From contig CACIBE010000006.1 in assembly GCA_902584805.1 (NCBI GenBank), positions 26,638 through 90,637 on the forward strand: a stretch of DNA of 64,000 bases, written 5' to 3'. Shown piece by piece: positions 39,247-49,410 of the stretch (position 1 is its first letter; each line of letters opens with the position of its first letter). A program made the translations under genes and the position numbers. The notes below the pieces were generated by a model. It was not told where the DNA came from. It saw nothing but the letters and a program-made list of their open reading frames with translations, and made no database searches. Source of the stretch: an uncultured Alphaproteobacteria bacterium. Its GTDB lineage: Bacteria > Pseudomonadota > Alphaproteobacteria > HIMB59 > GCA-002718135.

Positions 39247-41251
39247 TTTTTTTAAGGAATTCTTTTTCGTTCAAAATCTTAATTCCTAATTCTGTTGCTT
39301 TATTTATTTTTGACCCTGCTTTTTCTCCAGCAATTAGAAAATCTGTTTTTTTACTAATACTAGATAATATTTTTGCACCTTTAGTTTTTGCTAAATATTT
39401 AGCTTCATCTCTTGATAATTCGGATAATGTTCCAGTAAAAACTAAATGTTTATTTGAAAAAAAATTATTTAATGCTTCATTCTTTATAAATGAAATTGAT
39501 AAATGATTTTTTAATATTTTAATAGTTTCCTTATTTATATCCTTTGAAAAAAAATCTATAATTGAAGAAATTGCTTTTGGTCCTAAACCGTCAATATTTT
39601 CTAACATGCTTATATTATTTGAAGATGAAATAAATACATCTAGCTGTTTAAACTCATTTGCTAAAATTTCAGCATTAACTTCTCCAATAAATCTAATGCC
39701 AAGTGAATAAATAAATTTATCGAGCGATATTTTTTTTGCATTATTGATAGAATTAATTAAATTAGTAAAAGATAATTTACCCCAACCATCTAACTCAATT
39801 ATTTCTGATTCAAACCTTTCAAGATTGAATATATCTTCCACTTTATTTATGTATTTTAAATTAAATAATTGCTTAACTTGTTTCTCACCAAATCCATCAA
39901 TATTTAAACTTTTCTTACTGACGAAATGAATTATTCTCCCTATTTTTTGTGAACTACAACCATATGTGTTTGTACATCTAAGTATTGCTTCATCTTTTTC
40001 TTTTAAAACATTACTCTTACAGATAGGACAATTTCTAGGAGGTTTTATTTTGGTATTTAATTTACTATTTTTTTTAACTAATCTTGTAACATATGGAATA
40101 ACATCTCCTGCTCTTTCAATTTCAACAAGATCTAAAACATTTATTTTTTTTTTATTTATTTCATCAAAATTATGTAAAGAAGCATTAGATATAATAACAC
40201 CACCTAAATTCACAGGCTGCAATCTAGCCACAGGTGTTATAGCGCCAGTTCTTCCAACTTGGAAATCAACAGATTGAATTATAGTATTAGCTTTTTCAGC
40301 AGAAAACTTTACGGCAACTGCCCATCTTGGGTTTTTTCCTACATAACCTAATCTTTCTTGTAGTTTAAAACTATTTATTTTTACGACTAATCCATCAATA
40401 TCATAATCAATACCTGATCTTTTTTGATCTATTTGATTATAAAATTTAATAATTTCTTCAACTGATTGACATTTTTTACTTAAATTATTTGGGGCAATGT
40501 TCCAATTCTTAAGTTGATCATAATAATTCTCAATATTTTCAAAATTATAAGAACATTTACCTATGCCATGAGGTATAAATTTAAGTGGTCTACTATGACT
40601 AATAGAAATATCAAGTTGTCTTAGGCTGCCAGCTGCAGCATTCCTTGGATTTGCAAATTTAGATTTATTTTCTAACTTAGAATTAAGTTTCTCAAAATCA
40701 CTTTTATTCAAGAAAACCTCTCCTCTAATTTCAATAAAATCTGGAAAGTTTTTTTTTAACTCTGATGGAATATTTTTTATATTTAAAATATTTTGAGTAA
40801 CATCTTCTCCTATAAATCCATCTCCTCTTGTCCCAGCGGAAACCAAATTTCCATTTTTATAGACAAGATTTAGAGACAGTCCATCAATTTTTGGTTCACA
40901 GATATATTGAAAATCATTATCATTATCTAAATTTAAAAATTTTACTGAACGTTTTATAAACTCGTTTATATCAGTATTATCAAATGCATTTGAGAGTGAG
41001 TACATTTGGGAATTATGTTTTATTTTTTTAAAATTTTCTTTTATTTTACTACCATAATTTTTGTTAGGACTATCCCTTAATATTAAATTTGGGTACTTTT
41101 TTTCTAAAGTATCATTTTCTTTAATTAAATTATCAAATTCTCGATCAGTTATTTTAGGTTTATCTAATGTATGATAATTATAATTATGTTCTTTAATTAA
41201 TTCAGCAAGCTCTTTTAATCTTTTTAAAATTATTTCTTCTTTATCCATCAA
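39236..41251 (-). CDS. ligA: NAD-dependent DNA ligase
   Basis: EPKIDG adenylation motif, TRGDG, FANPRNAAAGSLRQ, QVGRTG, zinc finger, HhH and BRCT regions. Confidence 0.97.
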   Translation of the reverse strand: MMDKEEIILKRLKELAELIKEHNYNYHTLDKPKITDREFDNLIKENDTLEKKYPNLILRDSPNKNYGSKIKENFKKIKHNSQMYSLSNAFDNTDINEFIKRSVKFLNLDNDNDFQYICEPKIDGLSLNLVYKNGNLVSAGTRGDGFIGEDVTQNILNIKNIPSELKKNFPDFIEIRGEVFLNKSDFEKLNSKLENKSKFANPRNAAAGSLRQLDISISHSRPLKFIPHGIGKCSYNFENIENYYDQLKNWNIAPNNLSKKCQSVEEIIKFYNQIDQKRSGIDYDIDGLVVKINSFKLQERLGYVGKNPRWAVAVKFSAEKANTIIQSVDFQVGRTGAITPVARLQPVNLGGVIISNASLHNFDEINKKKINVLDLVEIERAGDVIPYVTRLVKKNSKLNTKIKPPRNCPICKSNVLKEKDEAILRCTNTYGCSSQKIGRIIHFVSKKSLNIDGFGEKQVKQLFNLKYINKVEDIFNLERFESEIIELDGWGKLSFTNLINSINNAKKISLDKFIYSLGIRFIGEVNAEILANEFKQLDVFISSSNNISMLENIDGLGPKAISSIIDFFSKDINKETIKILKNHLSISFIKNEALNNFFSNKHLVFTGTLSELSRDEAKYLAKTKGAKILSSISKKTDFLIAGEKAGSKINKATELGIKILNEKEFLKKINQ

Positions 41252-42044
41252 AAAAATTTCTAATTTTTTTTAAGAATGTTTCTTCGCTATCATTTTTCTC
41301 AACTAAATTATAACTATATTTATACCATTTAGATTCAGGATAATTATATCCAAGTAATGCAGCTGTATTATTGCTATCTTCATACATACCCATTTCATAA
41401 TAAATTTCTACCATTCTGTGCAATGCCTCAGGGGTAAATTTAGTCATTGAGAATTCATCTACAACTATTTTAAATCTATTTAATGCTGCAAAGTATTTTT
41501 TATTGTCTAAATAAAATCTTCCAATTTCCATATGTTTCGCTGCTATATTTGATTTAACTAAGATAATTTTTTGTCGACTGTCTTTTGCATATTTACTTTC
41601 AGGATATCTATTAATAACTTGATCGAAAGATCTTAAAGTAACATCATTATAATATCCATCCAAAGCTTCATCCTGAAGTTGCTCATAATTACACATTGCA
41701 ATCATATAATAAATATAATCTAAATCTTTATGTGAAGGATATTTGTTAATTATTTTATTATAATTTAAAATTGCATTATTATAATCCATTTGAATGTAAT
41801 CAATAAATGCAATCATTATTTCTGATTGAATTGCTTCATTAGATAATGGAAATAGTTTGTTAATTTCGTTAAATTGATCTCTAGCTAATTCTAAGTTTTG
41901 ATTATCAAAAGTTCTTTTAGCTAATTTGTATAGGTTTTCTGGATCATTCAATAGATTTTTATTTTTATCAATATTTGAATTAGTATTATTTGAACAACTA
42001 ATGCATAGATATAATAATATTAGACAGATAATTTTTTTTATCAT
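41241..42044 (-). CDS. bamD: Outer-membrane assembly lipoprotein BamD
   Basis: Lipobox-like CISC, TPR repeats, RYPESKYAKD, MEIGRFY, LGYNYPESKWY. Confidence 0.92.
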   Translation of the reverse strand: MIKKIICLILLYLCISCSNNTNSNIDKNKNLLNDPENLYKLAKRTFDNQNLELARDQFNEINKLFPLSNEAIQSEIMIAFIDYIQMDYNNAILNYNKIINKYPSHKDLDYIYYMIAMCNYEQLQDEALDGYYNDVTLRSFDQVINRYPESKYAKDSRQKIILVKSNIAAKHMEIGRFYLDNKKYFAALNRFKIVVDEFSMTKFTPEALHRMVEIYYEMGMYEDSNNTAALLGYNYPESKWYKYSYNLVEKNDSEETFLKKIRNFFDG

Positions 42045-42077
42045 AATTTATTTATATATTTAAATTTAAAAATTTGA

Positions 42078-42824
42078 ATGAAATATATAACGAAATATAA
42101 ATCTCCTAATTTTAATTCAAGAAAGAATTCAAGAGTACAACTGATTATAATTCATTATACAGCCTTGAAAAATACCTTAGAAGCTATTTCTTATTTATGC
42201 AAAAAGGAGAAAAAAGTTAGCTCTCATTATCTAATTTCTCAAAATGGAGATGTATATAACTTGGTAGAGGATAAATATAGAGCATGGCATGCAGGACAGG
42301 CATTCTGGCATGAAATTACAGATATAAATTCTATTTCTATAGGGATAGAGCTTGATTATAATCCGAATGGAAAAAATAACAAATTCTCATTTAAAATGAT
42401 TTATTCATTAAAAAAACTTATTCGTAAATTACTAAAAAATTATAAAATTAATAAAAATGGTATTTTAGCACATTCAGATATTGCCCCGTTTAGAAAAAAA
42501 GATCCTGGAAAACATTTTCCATGGCAATCACTCTCTTCTTCAAAGTTAATTTTAAATCTTAGAAAACCAAAAAAAAGAGAAATAAAAATTATAGAAAATT
42601 GGTTTCATAGCCATAACTTAAAGTCAAAAAAACAGAAAACAATTTTAGCTTTATCATTGATTGGATACGATACACGTGAAGTGTATAAAAATGATAGACT
42701 TTATAATAAACTTGTAAGAGCATACAGGAATAGATATTTAAATAGCAAAGATATAAATAACAATAAATCTATATATAATACTTTAATTAAACACCTCTTT
42801 AATTTTCTATTGACCAAAAATTAA
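42078..42824 (+). CDS. N-acetylmuramoyl-L-alanine amidase (AmpD/AmiD family)
   Basis: SPNF, IIIHYT, VSSHYLI, RAWHAG, SIGIE, HSDIAPFRKKDPG..FPW. Confidence 0.92.
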   Translation: MKYITKYKSPNFNSRKNSRVQLIIIHYTALKNTLEAISYLCKKEKKVSSHYLISQNGDVYNLVEDKYRAWHAGQAFWHEITDINSISIGIELDYNPNGKNNKFSFKMIYSLKKLIRKLLKNYKINKNGILAHSDIAPFRKKDPGKHFPWQSLSSSKLILNLRKPKKREIKIIENWFHSHNLKSKKQKTILALSLIGYDTREVYKNDRLYNKLVRAYRNRYLNSKDINNNKSIYNTLIKHLFNFLLTKN

Positions 42825-42843
42825 ATAAATTTATTAAGAAAGC

Positions 42844-43177
42844 AGATGGTGCGATGATCGCTTGAGTAATCAAGAGGAAAGTCCGGGCTCCACTGGGGAA
42901 AAAACCAGGTAATACCTGGCAAGTGAAAGCTTAGGGAAAGTGCAACAGAAAATATACCGCCTGAAAAGGTAAGGGTGAAAAGGTAAGGTAAGAGCTTACC
43001 GCTTTTTTGGTAACAAAAAAGGCTTTGCAAACCCTTTTTGGAGCAAGGTCAAATAGGAATAGCAATCAGTCCCAGCTGAGCTATTCGGGTAGACTGCTTG
43101 AAGCAAATGGTGACGTTTGTTCTAGATTAATGATCATCAATTTTATTAAATTACAGAACCCGGCTTATGCACCATCT
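42844..43177 (+). ncRNA. rnpB: RNase P RNA (bacterial type A)
   Basis: GAGGAAAGTCCGGGCTC, GAAAGTGCAACAGAAA, GGGTGAAAAGG..GGTAAGAGC, GGAGCAAG, ACAGAACCCGGCTTA; P1 pairing AGATGGTGC/GCACCATCT. Confidence 0.96.
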
Positions 43178-43226
43178 TTTTTGTTTTTTGAGAACATTCA
43201 AAGAACATTTATCATAATTTCACATA

Positions 43227-43261
43227 CCCATTGACGCCCATATATTCCCATGATAACCCAT
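43227..43261 (-). promoter_or_regulatory. MraZ operator: four CCCAT (ATGGG on minus) boxes at exact 10-bp spacing
   Basis: CCCA at 43227, 43237, 43247 and 43257, ending 6 nt before the mraZ ATG; matches the known TGGG-repeat MraZ binding sites. Confidence 0.8.
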
Positions 43262-43266
43262 AATAA

Positions 43267-43728
43267 ATGGATTTATTTGTATCTAAATATATTAATAAAA
43301 TAGATAAGAAAGGAAGAGTATCTCTACCTTCAAGCTTTAGAAATATACTTCCAAAAGCTAATAGAAATGAAATTATTTTATACAAATCTATAAAAACACC
43401 TTCCATTGAGGGTTGTGGTGTAGGAAGATTAAACGAAATCGCAAAAAGAATAAATAATTTAGATTTTTTTTCTGAAGATTATGATGATTTTTCAACATCA
43501 ATATTTTCAGAAATAATTACAACTAACATTGATAAAGAAGGAAGATTTTTAATTCCTGAAGAATTAAAAATATATGCTGATATTAAAACTGAAGCCGCCT
43601 TTTTTGGTCAAGGCCATTATTTTCAAATTTGGGAGCCAAAAAAAGGTCTAAAAAATACTGAAGATTCAAGAAGACGTCTTTTAAAAGAAAAAAAATCATT
43701 ACGAATGATCTTAACACAACAAAAATAA
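43267..43728 (+). CDS. mraZ: Transcriptional regulator MraZ
   Basis: Two DxxGR repeats (IDKKGRVSLP, IDKEGRFLIP), FQIW; first gene of the dcw cluster. Confidence 0.93.
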   Translation: MDLFVSKYINKIDKKGRVSLPSSFRNILPKANRNEIILYKSIKTPSIEGCGVGRLNEIAKRINNLDFFSEDYDDFSTSIFSEIITTNIDKEGRFLIPEELKIYADIKTEAAFFGQGHYFQIWEPKKGLKNTEDSRRRLLKEKKSLRMILTQQK

Positions 43729-43729
43729 T

Positions 43730-44668
43730 ATGGAAAATTTACATAAATCAGTAATGATAAATGAAATAATATCTTTTTTGCCATTAACAAAATCAATAAA
43801 TGTAATAGATGCAACTTTTGGTGGCGGTGGCTATTCAAAAACTATACTTAAAAAATTTAATGTAAATCAATTCTTAGCAATAGATAGGGATCCAATTTCA
43901 AAAATATTTGCAAAAGAAATAGAATCTAAATTTTCAAATTTTACTCTAATAAATGATAAATTTAGTAGAATTGAAGAAATAGTAAATATTACAAAGTTAA
44001 AGGATAAAAAATTTGACATAATTCTTTTCGACTTAGGCACAAGTTCAAATCAAATAGATAATGCGCAAAGAGGTTTTTCATTCAACAAATCTGGACCACT
44101 TGATATGCGAATGGGCTCTTCAGATAAAAATGCTTATGATATAATTAATAAATATGAAGAAAAAAATTTAGCTGATATAATTTATAAATATGGAGAAGAG
44201 CGTTATTCTAGAGTTATTGCAAAAGAAATAGTAAAAAATAGAAAAATAAAATTTATAAATGACACTTTAGAATTATCAAACATTATAAAAAATTGTTTAC
44301 CTAAAAAGAATCAATTAAAAAACAAGATTCATCCAGCAACAAAAACATTTCAGGCAATTAGAATTTATGTGAATGATGAGTTAAGTGAACTAAAGACGAG
44401 TCTAGAAAAAACTTTAAAAATTTTAAATAAAGATGGTTTAATTTTAGTAGTTTCTTTCCAAAGTCTAGAAGATAGAATTGTGAAAGATTTTTTTAACCAC
44501 AAAAGTGGTAAACGATGGCGTTCCTCCCGCCACTACCCGGAGTTACCTGATAAACCGGCAACTCAACTTAAAATAATCACCAAAAAACCAATATTGCCAT
44601 CAGCTTCTGAGATTTTAGAAAATCCCAGATCTAGATCAGCAAAACTTCGGGTAGCTCAGAAAATTTAA
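43730..44668 (+). CDS. rsmH: 16S rRNA m4C1402 methyltransferase
   Basis: HKSVM, DATFGGGGYS, FDLGTSS, RGFSF, PLDMRM, HPATKTFQAIRI, NPRSRSAKLR. Confidence 0.96.
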   Translation: MENLHKSVMINEIISFLPLTKSINVIDATFGGGGYSKTILKKFNVNQFLAIDRDPISKIFAKEIESKFSNFTLINDKFSRIEEIVNITKLKDKKFDIILFDLGTSSNQIDNAQRGFSFNKSGPLDMRMGSSDKNAYDIINKYEEKNLADIIYKYGEERYSRVIAKEIVKNRKIKFINDTLELSNIIKNCLPKKNQLKNKIHPATKTFQAIRIYVNDELSELKTSLEKTLKILNKDGLILVVSFQSLEDRIVKDFFNHKSGKRWRSSRHYPELPDKPATQLKIITKKPILPSASEILENPRSRSAKLRVAQKI

Positions 44669-44670
44669 TC

Positions 44671-44985
44671 ATGAAGTATACTAAATCAATTATATTCTTT
44701 CTAATTTTTAATTTGATACTAGTTTTTTCAATGATTTTTATCGCCAACCATACAAGAGAAATCGAAAAAAATAATCAGAAACTAAAAGTTAAAATATCTA
44801 AAATTTCAGAAAATTTAAAAATTAATAAAATTGAATTAGCCACTCATCAAAATAGCTCATATTTAAAAACAATGTATGAATTATATTTTGATGAATCTCA
44901 AAATGATAATGTTCCTCTTATTGTAAAAATGGAAGAACTTTCAAATCAAGATAAAAATATAAAACTTGTTAGTTCAAATAATTAA
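44671..44985 (+). CDS. ftsL: Cell division protein FtsL-like
   Basis: Single N-terminal TM helix plus coiled coil; located between rsmH and ftsI. Confidence 0.7.
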   Translation: MKYTKSIIFFLIFNLILVFSMIFIANHTREIEKNNQKLKVKISKISENLKINKIELATHQNSSYLKTMYELYFDESQNDNVPLIVKMEELSNQDKNIKLVSSNN

Positions 44986-44988
44986 TTA

Positions 44989-46638
44989 ATGTTAAGTAAA
45001 CTGAACTTATTTGATAGTGATTCTTTAAAATTACTTCATAGAAGAGTTTTTTTTTCAATTACAATTTTTATCTTTGTCTATTTTATTTCAATTTATAGAA
45101 TATCATCAATTATGCTCTTTCCTGATTTAATTGAGGATACTAATAATTATATAAAAAAAGATATTAGGGGCAATATTTATGATAGGAATGGAAAAATAAT
45201 TGCCTCCTCAATTGAGAGCATCTCTTTATCAATTAATCCTAATAAGATAAGAAATAAAAAAGAACTTTCTAATAAATTGGGATTAATTCTTGATTTAGAT
45301 ATAAAAAAAATAGAAAAAAAATTATTATCGACAAGTAAATTTGTTTGGATAAAAAGAAATATATCTCCAATTGAATATCAAGAAATAATTAATCTTGGTG
45401 AAATAAATATAAAAGCTCACAAGGAATTTAAAAGAATATATCCCTATAAAAATACTTTATCACATATTCTTGGATACGTAGATGTTGATCAGAATGGACA
45501 GAGTGGAATTGAGAGGTATTTTGAAAATGATCTATCAAAATCGCAAGATATAACTATTAGTATTGATGCTAATTTACAGCAGTTGGTTAGAGAAAATCTC
45601 TTAAAAACAATAAATAATTACAAAGCTGAATCAGGCTTAGCTATAGTTATGGATATTAGTAGCGGACAAATCCTATCTTCAGTAAGTTTACCTGATTATA
45701 ATCCTGAAAACAAATCGTCGTTTAATAACAATAATTTAATAAACAGAGTTTTTCAGTCTAATTATGAAATGGGATCAACATTTAAACCAATAACTGCAAC
45801 TATTGGATTTGATTTAAATATTTTAGATCCTCAGATGACTTTTGATGTTACAAAAAAATATTTAAATATTGGTGATCATGATAAATACAAAGATAATGGT
45901 ATTTATGATGTTGAAAAAATAATTGTTGAATCATCCAACATTGGTACTGCTCAAATTGCTACTTTGATTGGAAAAAATAACCAAAAAGAATTTTTTGAAA
46001 AAATAGGTTTCAATAAAAAAATAAATATAGAAAATAAAGAAAGTTCATCTCCTTTAGGAAATAAAAATAATTGGGGTAAGTTAGAAACAGCAACTATAGG
46101 ATTTGGTCATGGTTTTGCAATTACACCTCTTCATTTAGTCAAAGCTTATGCTTCATTGGCAAATAATGGAAACGAGGTCTTCCCTACACTACAATTAAAT
46201 AAACAATATGAACAAAGACAAATTTTAAATAAGAAAGAATCATCAAAATTCTTTATAAATTTATTGAATTCTGTTGTTCTCAAAACCGAGTATACTGGAC
46301 CTAGAGTAAAAGTAGATGGTTATTCTGTAGGAGGTAAAACGGGAACATCAGAATTATTAAATCCAAATGGTGGATATTACAAGGATAGAAACTTAACGTC
46401 CTTTATTGGAATATTTCCTACAAATAATCCAAAATATGTAGTTTACACTGCTATTGAATATCCAAAAAAGGAAACAGGCACTAAACAAAGAATGACTGGA
46501 GCAAGAGTAAATGCCCCCCTAGTAAAAGATATTATTATAAATATTATAGGTCTTTTTAATATTCCAAAAGATAAAAAAGATGAGCTTCTAAAAGTAGACA
46601 CAAATTTTTTATATAGAAAATTAAATGTTACTGTCTAA
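44989..46638 (+). CDS. ftsI: Penicillin-binding protein 3 (septal transpeptidase)
   Basis: RGNIYDRNG, YEMGSTFK (SxxK), SSN, GKTGT. Confidence 0.93.
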   Translation: MLSKLNLFDSDSLKLLHRRVFFSITIFIFVYFISIYRISSIMLFPDLIEDTNNYIKKDIRGNIYDRNGKIIASSIESISLSINPNKIRNKKELSNKLGLILDLDIKKIEKKLLSTSKFVWIKRNISPIEYQEIINLGEINIKAHKEFKRIYPYKNTLSHILGYVDVDQNGQSGIERYFENDLSKSQDITISIDANLQQLVRENLLKTINNYKAESGLAIVMDISSGQILSSVSLPDYNPENKSSFNNNNLINRVFQSNYEMGSTFKPITATIGFDLNILDPQMTFDVTKKYLNIGDHDKYKDNGIYDVEKIIVESSNIGTAQIATLIGKNNQKEFFEKIGFNKKINIENKESSSPLGNKNNWGKLETATIGFGHGFAITPLHLVKAYASLANNGNEVFPTLQLNKQYEQRQILNKKESSKFFINLLNSVVLKTEYTGPRVKVDGYSVGGKTGTSELLNPNGGYYKDRNLTSFIGIFPTNNPKYVVYTAIEYPKKETGTKQRMTGARVNAPLVKDIIINIIGLFNIPKDKKDELLKVDTNFLYRKLNVTV

Positions 46639-48043
46639 TTTATCAAAAGTTATAAATGTAAATAAAACATACAATTTTTATAAAAATAAATATTTCTCTG
46701 CAATTACTTCCAATTCAAAATTTACTAATAGCAAAACGTTGTTTGTTTATGACAAAAATATAAAGGTAAAAAAGCTTTATTTAGACGAAGCACTTAAGAA
46801 TAAAACTCCCGCTATAATTTCGAATAAATATATTAATAATTTAAAAATTCCTCAATTTCTAGTATCTAATATTAATTTAGAGATCTATTCTTTATTAAAT
46901 AAGCTTCATAATAATCTTCCTTTTAAAACTCTGGCAGTTACGGGTACAAATGGAAAGACATCAGTTGTTTGGTATATTTCGAAAATTCTAAATTCATTAA
47001 AATATAATAATACAACGGTAGGTACCTTAGGGCATTTTAAAAACGGAAAAAAAATAAATAATATAAATTTAACAACTCCTGCTTATGAGGAATTATTTAA
47101 ATATGGATCTTCGAATAAAAAACAGAAAAATATTTACATTTTTGAAGCTTCAAGTCATGCTTTAGAACAAAACAGGTTAAGAAATTATCCTATAAATATT
47201 GCAGCTATTACAAATATTTCCAAAGATCATCTTGATTACCATAAAACGTTCTCAAATTATAAAAAATCTAAAATTAAACTTTTTACTAATCATTTAGAAA
47301 GTAATGGATTTGCTATAATTAATTCAAGATTAAAAATCTCAACAGAATTAAAAAAAAAATTGATAAAAAAAAATGTCAAATTAAAATATTTTGGAAATAA
47401 AAGTATAAAATTAATAAAAATCAAAGATTTTGTATATTTAAATATTAATAATAAAAAATATAAACTGAAAAATCTCAAACTTAAAACAAATATAGAATTA
47501 GAAAATTTAGAATGCGCCATTACTTGTTGTTTGGCACTTAATATTAGTCAAAACGAAATCATAAAAGTATTATCAAAAGTTACTAATCCTTCCGGCCGCT
47601 TAGAAACAATTGAATATAAGAAGAAAAAATCAAAAATTATTATTGATTATGCACATACACCAGATGCTTTAAAAAAAATACTTCTTGCATATAAAATCAA
47701 AAAATTAAGACCAGCAATTTTATTTGGTTGTGGAGGTGATAGAGATAAAAGTAAGCGAAAATCAATGGCATTAATTGCAAATAAATACGCTGGTAAAATT
47801 TATATAACGGATGACAATCCTAGAAATGAAAATCCATCTAAAATAAGAAAAAATATCTTAAAATATTGTCCTAGAGCTGTTGAAGTATCTGGTAGAAGAA
47901 AAGCAATTAAAGTAGCTATCAAAGAATTAAAAATGAATGAAATTTTAATAGTAGCAGGTAAGGGGCACGAAAAATTTCAAATTTTAAAAAATAAAACGAT
48001 TAAGTTTGATGACTTTAAAGTTGTGAAACAATTATTAAATTAA
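46625..48043 (+). CDS. murE: UDP-MurNAc-tripeptide synthetase (meso-DAP type)
   Basis: VTGTNGKTS, EASSH, DHLDYH, DYAHTPD, GCGGDRD, DNPR. Confidence 0.94.
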   Translation: MLLSNLSKVINVNKTYNFYKNKYFSAITSNSKFTNSKTLFVYDKNIKVKKLYLDEALKNKTPAIISNKYINNLKIPQFLVSNINLEIYSLLNKLHNNLPFKTLAVTGTNGKTSVVWYISKILNSLKYNNTTVGTLGHFKNGKKINNINLTTPAYEELFKYGSSNKKQKNIYIFEASSHALEQNRLRNYPINIAAITNISKDHLDYHKTFSNYKKSKIKLFTNHLESNGFAIINSRLKISTELKKKLIKKNVKLKYFGNKSIKLIKIKDFVYLNINNKKYKLKNLKLKTNIELENLECAITCCLALNISQNEIIKVLSKVTNPSGRLETIEYKKKKSKIIIDYAHTPDALKKILLAYKIKKLRPAILFGCGGDRDKSKRKSMALIANKYAGKIYITDDNPRNENPSKIRKNILKYCPRAVEVSGRRKAIKVAIKELKMNEILIVAGKGHEKFQILKNKTIKFDDFKVVKQLLN

Positions 48044-49410
48044 TGAACGAATCAAATAAATTAGAAAAATATATAATATCTAAAAAAGATAAAATTAAAA
48101 TATCAAGTAAAGATATTAAAAGTGGCGATATATTCCTTGCTTTAAAAGGCAAAAGATTTCACGGAAATAAATTTATCAATGAAGCAATAAATAAAGGTGC
48201 AAGATTTTGTATAACTGATAAGAAAAATTTTAAAGAAAATAAAAAAATTTTATATGTAAATAATATTTATAAGTATCTTTTAGAAATAGCAAAAAGAAAG
48301 AGAGATTTATACAAAGGTAAAGTAATAGGTATTACTGGTAGTGCTGGTAAAACAACTTTAAAAGAAACTCTAGCATTTTTCTTAAAAAAAGATCATATCA
48401 TTTCTTACTCAAAGAAAAGTTATAATAATCAGTTAGGTGTTTTAATATCTATACTAAATTTAAATTTAAAATCGCATTTTGCAATTTTTGAAATTGGAAC
48501 AAACAATTTTGGTGAGATAAAAATTCTTAGTAATTTAGTTAAACCGTCAGAAGTATTTATTACTAATATACAATCTACACATCTTGAAAATTTCCAAACT
48601 AAAAACAATATTGCCAGAGAAAAAGCTGATATATTTATTTCAAAATATAATAATAATAGACAAAAGCTATATTTAAATATTTCATCTAAATCCGAAAATA
48701 TTTTAATTACAAAGGCAAAAAAAGAAAAAAATCTTACAATAATTCGTATTGATAATTCTTCAAAAAAATATTTTATTAAAAAAATATCTCCTTTTAAAAA
48801 AATTTATAAAGTAACTTTATCAATTAATAAAAAACTAATTAATATTATTACTGAAGTAGTAGTAATGCATAGATTAAATAATTTATTATTTTGCCTTGCA
48901 TTTTATAATGAAAATTCTCTAAATATTAAATCAGTTATAAATCGTTTCAAGTTTTTGAAACCAGTTGAAGGTAGGGGATTAGTTCATAAAATTTCTTTAA
49001 ATAATAAAAAAATAAATATCATTGATGAATCTTATAATGCTAATCCAGATACAATGTTGCAAAGCATACGAAACTTAAATAACATAAAATTAAATAATAA
49101 TAAAAAAATAATAATACTTGGAACAATGAATGAACTGGGAAAAAATTCTTACAAAATTCATTATAAATTACTAAGACAATTAGATGACTCTATTTTTAAA
49201 TTTGTAATTTTATGTGGCGAATTCTTTGAATTATCTATAAAAAATTTTTTAAATCCAAATAATGAATTTATCCATTTTAAAAATACAAATAAAATCATGC
49301 GATATTTAGAAGATAAAGTGCATAACAATGACATTATTTTAATTAAATGTTCTAATTCAACAAAAATAAATAAGTTTGCAAAAACATTATTAAAGCAGGT
49401 ATCGATTTGA
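48043..49410 (+). CDS. murF: UDP-MurNAc-pentapeptide synthetase
   Basis: ITGSAGKTT, SYNN, FEIG, IDESYNANP. Confidence 0.92.
   Translation: MNESNKLEKYIISKKDKIKISSKDIKSGDIFLALKGKRFHGNKFINEAINKGARFCITDKKNFKENKKILYVNNIYKYLLEIAKRKRDLYKGKVIGITGSAGKTTLKETLAFFLKKDHIISYSKKSYNNQLGVLISILNLNLKSHFAIFEIGTNNFGEIKILSNLVKPSEVFITNIQSTHLENFQTKNNIAREKADIFISKYNNNRQKLYLNISSKSENILITKAKKEKNLTIIRIDNSSKKYFIKKISPFKKIYKVTLSINKKLINIITEVVVMHRLNNLLFCLAFYNENSLNIKSVINRFKFLKPVEGRGLVHKISLNNKKINIIDESYNANPDTMLQSIRNLNNIKLNNNKKIIILGTMNELGKNSYKIHYKLLRQLDDSIFKFVILCGEFFELSIKNFLNPNNEFIHFKNTNKIMRYLEDKVHNNDIILIKCSNSTKINKFAKTLLKQVSI

Noticed and set aside
42821-43406. ORFs 42821-43030 (-), 43007-43234 (+) and 43212-43406 (-)
   Set aside because: They overlap the RNase P RNA or mraZ and have no protein motifs; shadow ORFs.
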